DNA of 64,000 bases, taken from contig JANQFQ010000028.1 in NCBI GenBank assembly GCA_028277765.1, forward strand, positions 362-64,361, written 5' to 3'. The DNA comes from Desulfobacterales bacterium. GTDB taxonomy: Bacteria; Desulfobacterota; Desulfobacteria; Desulfobacterales; SURF-7. Shown here piece after piece: positions 59,203-64,000 of the stretch. Below the pieces are notes generated by a model, which saw nothing but the letters and a program-made list of their open reading frames with translations, was not told the DNA's origin and made no database searches. The translations under genes and the position numbers were made by a program. Position 1 is the stretch's first letter; the number at the start of each line of letters is the position of its first letter.

Positions 59203-60684
59203 ATGAGTGACGAAGTTTATGACTTAATAGCAGTAGGGGCAGGTGGCGCTGGGCTGGCCGCGGCAGTAACCGTTGCAGAAGGCGGAGGAAAAGCTTTAAT
59301 CCTTGACAGACTCGGGGTTACAGGCGGAGCAAGTGTATTCGCGAAAGGGTTATTTGCCACTCAAAGCCACATTCAGAAGCAAGAAGGTGTTGAAACCGAT
59401 CCGGATGAAATATTTCTTCAGCACATGGAATACACACACTATCTTTCAAATGCCAGGCTTGTTCGGGCGATTATCGACAAATCCGCTGATACCATCAAAT
59501 GGATTGAAGACAGGGGCGCGGTCATTCTAGGTGTTCCCCCGCTCTATCCCGGAGCCCCCCAGACATGGCATACAACAAAACAGGAAGGTAAGGGAATAAC
59601 AAAGGCGCTTACGGCAACAGCAAAAGACCTGGGCATACCCATCCAACTCAAGACAAGAGCCAGAAAACTGATCATAGAAGACGGTAAAGTAGCCGGCGTT
59701 ATCTGTGACGATAAACAAGGGAACACCTTAACATTCCGCTCGAAAACTGTTGTGATCGCTTCAGGCGGTTTTGCGAACAACTTTGATATGATGCGTAAAT
59801 ATACAAATTGCGGTGAGCCCACAGTACAAATGGCTTTCGGGCAGGTCGGCAAGGAAGGCGACGGTGTAAAAATGGCATGGGAAGCAGGTGCCGCTGAAGA
59901 AGGTGTCAGCGTCATCCAGCGCGGCCTTGCGGGTGTGCTGAAGAAAAAAGAGGTCCTGAAAGAAGCGCCTAAAAAGAGCCAGTTCGATAAGTACATTACA
60001 GCCATCCTGAAACAGCCAACCTTCTGGGTTAACGCGAACGGCGAACGTTTCTTCAATGAATCAGAATTCTCTTTCGCGCATATCGGCAACGCCATGTCCA
60101 AACAGCCTTTTCAGATCCTGTTTAACATGTTTGATGATGACTACAGGAAACTGATGGAAGAAGAAGGTATCCAGGTGGGGCTGGGCGTGTTTGCGCCTAC
60201 CGGGACAAAAGTGCCGGATGTCAAAGATGCCCTGCAGGCAAGCATGGACAAGGATGAAGCGTGGATATGCGACACTATTGAAGAGCTGGCAGAAAAAACA
60301 GGCCAGAATCTTGAAGTATTAAAAACTAATATTGATGAGTATAATGAATCCTGTGATAAGGGGCGTGACGCGCTTTTCGCAAAAAACCCGGATTTTATGA
60401 GGCCGTTCAGGACACCGCCTTTTTATGCGATCAAGGGACATCCGACCCATGTTGGATCTCTCGGCGGCATTAAAATCAACCATAAGTGCGAAGTCATCAA
60501 AAAGAGCAGCAAGACATTCCTGGATGTGATCCCGGGGCTGTACGCAGCAGGGAATGTGGCCGGCGGCATGTACAGTGATTCATATGATGCTTCTCATACA
60601 CTCGGCCTGACACTCGCTTTTGCTTATAATTCAGGTCGTATCGCGGGTGAGGAAGCGCTAAAGTATGTTGGTATAGACGAGTAG
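59203..60684 (+). CDS. FAD-binding oxidoreductase (fumarate reductase/flavocytochrome c superfamily)
   Basis: GAGGAG, IASGGF, GDG, VN.NGERF.NE, LGGIKIN, GLYAAG, SGRIAG. Confidence 0.88.
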   Translation: MSDEVYDLIAVGAGGAGLAAAVTVAEGGGKALILDRLGVTGGASVFAKGLFATQSHIQKQEGVETDPDEIFLQHMEYTHYLSNARLVRAIIDKSADTIKWIEDRGAVILGVPPLYPGAPQTWHTTKQEGKGITKALTATAKDLGIPIQLKTRARKLIIEDGKVAGVICDDKQGNTLTFRSKTVVIASGGFANNFDMMRKYTNCGEPTVQMAFGQVGKEGDGVKMAWEAGAAEEGVSVIQRGLAGVLKKKEVLKEAPKKSQFDKYITAILKQPTFWVNANGERFFNESEFSFAHIGNAMSKQPFQILFNMFDDDYRKLMEEEGIQVGLGVFAPTGTKVPDVKDALQASMDKDEAWICDTIEELAEKTGQNLEVLKTNIDEYNESCDKGRDALFAKNPDFMRPFRTPPFYAIKGHPTHVGSLGGIKINHKCEVIKKSSKTFLDVIPGLYAAGNVAGGMYSDSYDASHTLGLTLAFAYNSGRIAGEEALKYVGIDE

Positions 60685-60711
60685 TACAGTTTTTTATCTT
60701 AAAACAGATAT

Positions 60712-60742
60712 AAGGGGCTGGCCGTTTTTGGCCGGCCCTTTT
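60712..60742 (+). terminator. Rho-independent terminator
   Basis: AAGGGGCTGGCC-gttttt-GGCCGGCCCTTTT. Confidence 0.75.
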
Positions 60743-60837
60743 CTGTTTCTGGGATATGGCGCATCTTCCTGATTGACACTTTTCAGCCATTTCATTACAA
60801 TAGAAACTTGATAAAAGCTCGATTATTGTGTTTACCA

Positions 60838-60894
60838 GTAGGTTGGATTGAACTGATGTACTTTTGTTGGGTTGAACATCATAATCCAACCTAC
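60838..60894. repeat. GTAG-bounded REP-like inverted repeat
   Basis: GTAGGTTGGATT (60838-60849) / AATCCAACCTAC (60883-60894). Confidence 0.75.
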
Positions 60895-61002
60895 AGAAAA
60901 TCAGCATTTGCATGATAGGAAGTTAGAAAGGCGATACCCAACATCGCTTTATGAGGATAGTCAACAAACACTAACAATAACAGCCTGCATTTAAGAGGAA
61001 AC

Positions 61003-61488
61003 GTGCCAGGAACAAGAATAAAAAAATTTCATTCCTTTTCAGACTTCATCTCCTCATTTTTTGATCTCTTCAGGGGTCCGACGTTTATCATGACCTTCCT
61101 TAAGATTGACAGCCTGTTTCGCGAAAAAATTATTCTTGCGGCTGCGATGGCGAATAATTGTGCTACCTGAGTTAATGTTCATTCTGCCGCAGGTAAGCGG
61201 CTTGGGATGACAAAAGAGGAGATTGAAAACCTAATCAGCCTGGAGAAGTCAGATTTTGAATACAGGGAATGGCTTGCGTTAAAATTCGCAAGAGATTTGG
61301 TGTACGCGGACGGAAAAGCACCCAAAGGAGAGTATCTCAAAGAGTTCAAGGAACAGTATTCAGAAAAAGACCGCGGGTATATACTGAAACTGGCAAAAAT
61401 GCAGTATTTTCTGACAAGGGTTATGCACACCATAAAGCGGCAGCCGTGGCGTGAGTATAGTTTTGATGACAAGGATATGATTATGTAG
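61003..61488 (+). CDS. AhpD/carboxymuconolactone-decarboxylase-family selenoprotein (CxxU), UGA at 61168-61170
   Basis: GTG 61003 after AGAGGA; REKIILAAAMANNCAT-[TGA]-VNVHSAAGKRLGMTKEEI aligns with AhpD RE.I...NxCxxCxxxH; in frame with ORF 61207..61488. Confidence 0.85.
61180..61209 (+). promoter_or_regulatory. Bacterial SECIS-like hairpin
   Basis: CATTCT-GCCGC-aggtaa-GCGGC-tt-GGGATG; G-containing apical loop about 20 nt after the UGA. Confidence 0.7.
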
Positions 61489-61523
61489 GGGAGCACGGCT
61501 AAGCTGTTTATTGATAGGTGATC

Positions 61524-61627
61524 CTAGTTGCTAGATGCTGGATGCTAGATAAAACCTTCTGGGCGGGGATACCCCGCAGCATTCTTTTCTTTACGCCTTT
61601 ATCTAGCATCTAGCATCCAGGATCTAG
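61524..61627. repeat. GATGCTR 7-mer inverted-arm element
   Basis: CTAGATGCTGGATGCTAGATAAA / TTTATCTAGCATCTAGCATCCAG. Confidence 0.8.
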
Positions 61628-61688
61628 TAACGGTTTATTTGGATGCTGAAAATTTGATCCACTGATTTTACAAGAGGAAACAGACACC

Positions 61689-62555
61689 ATGTGTGAAGCA
61701 TGTTTAAGACACGGGACAGCAGGTAAGTGGTATTTGAACGCTGAAAATTATTCCAATGAGATAGTCGAGAAATATAACCTTCGTGATTTTCTCATGGAGC
61801 AGTACCTTAATTTTGAGCAGATGTCTGTGAGGAAGGTGGGCGGCATGAATGCGGTGGGGCTTGGGTATAAGCTCCAGATGCCTCTCATCGGAAAAGTGGT
61901 CAAGCATTTTGCTGAAAATGTAGTCCACAGTCAAAGGCCGCCGAAAAACCCCCTACAGGCTGAAGGCCACATCGGACAGGTTATACCGCTTGATGACGGC
62001 ATCGCAATCCTTGAGACTTGTGCTGCTGAACCGATTATCCTGAAGAACTGCATGTGCCGGTATATGTCACGAGGTATAAAAGAGGCCTGCTGCATCAATT
62101 TTGGTGTGATGTCTGAAATCGTTGACAAGCTCCCGCGGTTTATTCCTGATGATGATAAATATTTCCTGACCCGTGAGCAGGCAATTGAAAAACTGGCCGA
62201 GTTTAACAAAAAAGGGTATATCGGTTCCATCTGGTATGCTCCTTATCCATATATTAACAACCTTTGTTCGTGCGCTAACCCTGAATGCGCGGGGCTAAGG
62301 CCGCGGGTCGATTTTGACATGAAATCCGTTTACAAGTCTGAATATATCATAGAGACACAGCATGATAACTGTAAGGGGTGTAAGAAATGCGTGGCCATGT
62401 GCCAGTTCAAGGCTATTTCATATAATATCACCATAAAAAAAGCGGTCATTGACCGTGCAAAATGTTTTGGCTGCGGTGTATGTATTCACGCGTGTAAAAA
62501 TGAAGCGCTTTATTTGCGGCCAAGGGATGAGGTGCCGAGGTATAAGGAAAGATAA
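61689..62555 (+). CDS. 4Fe-4S dicluster protein
   Basis: MCEAC..HG...KWYL, CMCR, NLCSC...C, CKGCKKC...C and CFGCGVC...C. Confidence 0.88.
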   Translation: MCEACLRHGTAGKWYLNAENYSNEIVEKYNLRDFLMEQYLNFEQMSVRKVGGMNAVGLGYKLQMPLIGKVVKHFAENVVHSQRPPKNPLQAEGHIGQVIPLDDGIAILETCAAEPIILKNCMCRYMSRGIKEACCINFGVMSEIVDKLPRFIPDDDKYFLTREQAIEKLAEFNKKGYIGSIWYAPYPYINNLCSCANPECAGLRPRVDFDMKSVYKSEYIIETQHDNCKGCKKCVAMCQFKAISYNITIKKAVIDRAKCFGCGVCIHACKNEALYLRPRDEVPRYKER

Positions 62556-62557
62556 TT

Positions 62558-62796
62558 CTAGATGCTAGATGCTGGATACTAGATGCTGGATGGCTGGTCG
62601 AAGTGAAACGTAGATCCCGCTGTTTTTTAGCGGGGATACTGGATGCTGGTCGGAGAGAGACCACGCAGAGCCTGACAAGCGAAGATCACGTTGGTGATTA
62701 GCGGGGATAGAAAAGATTTGGAGATTGAGGAATTGTAGGAACGGGTTCCCTGCCCAATAGACTTTCATCTAGTATCCAGTATCTAGGATCTGGTAT
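62558..62796. repeat. GATGCTR 7-mer element with nested inserts
   Basis: Left arm of GATGCTA/GATGCTG/GATACTA, right arm CATCTAGTATCCAGTATCTAG; insert GGTCG.AGTGAAACG.AGATCCCGC...GCGGG also at about 45315-45354. Confidence 0.75.
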
Positions 62797-62854
62797 CGAT
62801 GGTTTTTTTGCAAACACTTCACTCATCAGCTAAAACAGGCAAAAGAGAAATAGT

Positions 62855-63112
62855 ATGGCCTCAAAAACAAAGATTACCATTGATCATTCAATATGCAGCG
62901 GCGGGAAAAAGGTAGATCCCAGGGCATGCTGCAAGTGTATGCAGATATGTGAACCCGCGGTTTTTCTTCTTCACCAGACCCTGGATGCGGAAGAAGAGAA
63001 CCCCTATGATCCCCAGTTGTGGAGTATTACACCCCTTTGGCTCTCCCTCTGCACGCGTTGTATGAAGTGTGTTGACGTGTGTCCGGAGAGGGCGGTCCGT
63101 GTTAGTTGGTAA
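62855..63112 (+). CDS. Small ferredoxin-like protein
   Basis: C...CCKCMQIC and CTRCMKCVDVCP. Confidence 0.8.
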   Translation: MASKTKITIDHSICSGGKKVDPRACCKCMQICEPAVFLLHQTLDAEEENPYDPQLWSITPLWLSLCTRCMKCVDVCPERAVRVSW

Positions 63113-64000
63113 AAAAATAGTTTTTAAAATACGCTATCGTCCTATTCCTTGCCTCTTCTTCAGAATAGACAGGACGGTAACCGAGACCTTTTACGGCTTT
63201 ATCACCTTTAAAATAGAAATCTTTGCAAGTCATGAGGACGCTTACCCTTGTAATCGCGGGATGAAATTTGAAAAAGGGCCTGCAGATAAACGCTGTGAGT
63301 TCGAGAAACGCGCCTATGGCGTATACCAAGGGAAAGGGGAGACTGCGGTTTTTGGGTGGAAGCGGATATCCCAGTTCCGTCATGATTGGGTCAAGAAATT
63401 CAAAAAAGTTTGAGGGTGGCGCATCTGTTATAAGATATGTCTGGCCGGGAACAGTAGTGTCTTGCTCAAGCAGTTTTTTTGCGGCAAGGATGTGGCCGTG
63501 TGCTACATTGCCAACGTACACATGCTGAAATACTGCTTTGCCGTTGCCGATCCTGAAAGGCATTTTCCCTTTTTTTACAAGGTTCAGTGTTTCGGTTATG
63601 TGGTAAGGATCAGCTTCGCCGTACATCCCGCAGGGGCGGATCACGGCTGTAAGGAGGCGCGGATCATCCTCTCCATCACACGCGGCCCTTTTTGAGTTGT
63701 TTGCCTTTAGAACTGCCTGTTCAGCTACTGCCTTTGTTCTGGCATAATCGAGTGTAAAGTTTTCAGGATACGGCAGGGTTTCATCCCCATCAATGATAGG
63801 TGTTCCGTCATAAACGACATCCATTGTACTTGTGGCTACAAGCGCTTTTACGCCCGTTTCTTTGCAGGCCCTGATGACGTTTTCTGTTCCAGTGATATTC
63901 ACTGAATCAAGGACTTCTTTTGGGCACAGACCCCAGTCGACAATAGCAGCTGCATGTATAACAATATCCACTCCTTCAAACGCTCTAAGCACTTCATCAT
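63102..64000 (-). CDS. 3beta-hydroxysteroid dehydrogenase/isomerase-family SDR; N-terminus beyond the window
   Basis: VIHAAA, VNITGT.NV..AC, GDETLPY, YARTKA.AE, IRPCGMYG. Confidence 0.88.
   Translation of the reverse strand, partial: DEVLRAFEGVDIVIHAAAIVDWGLCPKEVLDSVNITGTENVIRACKETGVKALVATSTMDVVYDGTPIIDGDETLPYPENFTLDYARTKAVAEQAVLKANNSKRAACDGEDDPRLLTAVIRPCGMYGEADPYHITETLNLVKKGKMPFRIGNGKAVFQHVYVGNVAHGHILAAKKLLEQDTTVPGQTYLITDAPPSNFFEFLDPIMTELGYPLPPKNRSLPFPLVYAIGAFLELTAFICRPFFKFHPAITRVSVLMTCKDFYFKGDKAVKGLGYRPVYSEEEARNRTIAYFKNYFFTN

Noticed and set aside
59203-60684. Fumarate reductase/succinate dehydrogenase subunit A
   Set aside because: No Fe-S or membrane subunits adjacent, and the protein is short; left as a family-level call.
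1-64000. rRNA, tRNA, integron integrase, prophage or defence genes
   Set aside because: None recognised by eye; small RNAs could have been missed without covariance searches.

Overview
Bacterial chromosomal window. Gene content and repeat families suggest an anaerobic Desulfobacterota (Desulfobacterales-like) organism; this is inference, since no rRNA or tRNA gene is visible. (i) 1-5.5 kb: housekeeping genes (dacB, dtd, HAD hydrolase, MFS, epmA) plus a secreted DUF1573-OmpA protein that reads through an in-frame UGA. (ii) 5.7-8.3 kb: a nonsense-interrupted RAYT transposase followed by an integrase-less array of attC-bounded gene cassettes. (iii) 8.5-32 kb: a cation-chloride cotransporter, PAS kinases, a sigma-54 activator and a chemosensory/c-di-GMP operon that seems to have lost its canonical MCP. 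Two sigma-54 promoters here share the same architecture. (iv) 32.8-64 kb: a probable anaerobic steroid-metabolism island. It holds an igr-like side-chain operon (heteromeric ACAD, MaoC pair, Ltp2/DUF35), a CoA-transferase, three 3beta-HSD-like SDRs, an OYE, a second flavoprotein and an AhpD-like CxxU selenoprotein. Top finding: a corrinoid protein + KstD-like + SRPBCC + non-pyrrolysine MtmB-like + methyl-THF methyltransferase cluster, a candidate cobalamin-dependent steroid C19 methyl-transfer (androgen/estrogen interconversion) system. Intergenic regions carry several short-period inverted-repeat families. All calls come from reading motifs by eye; no database searches were run.
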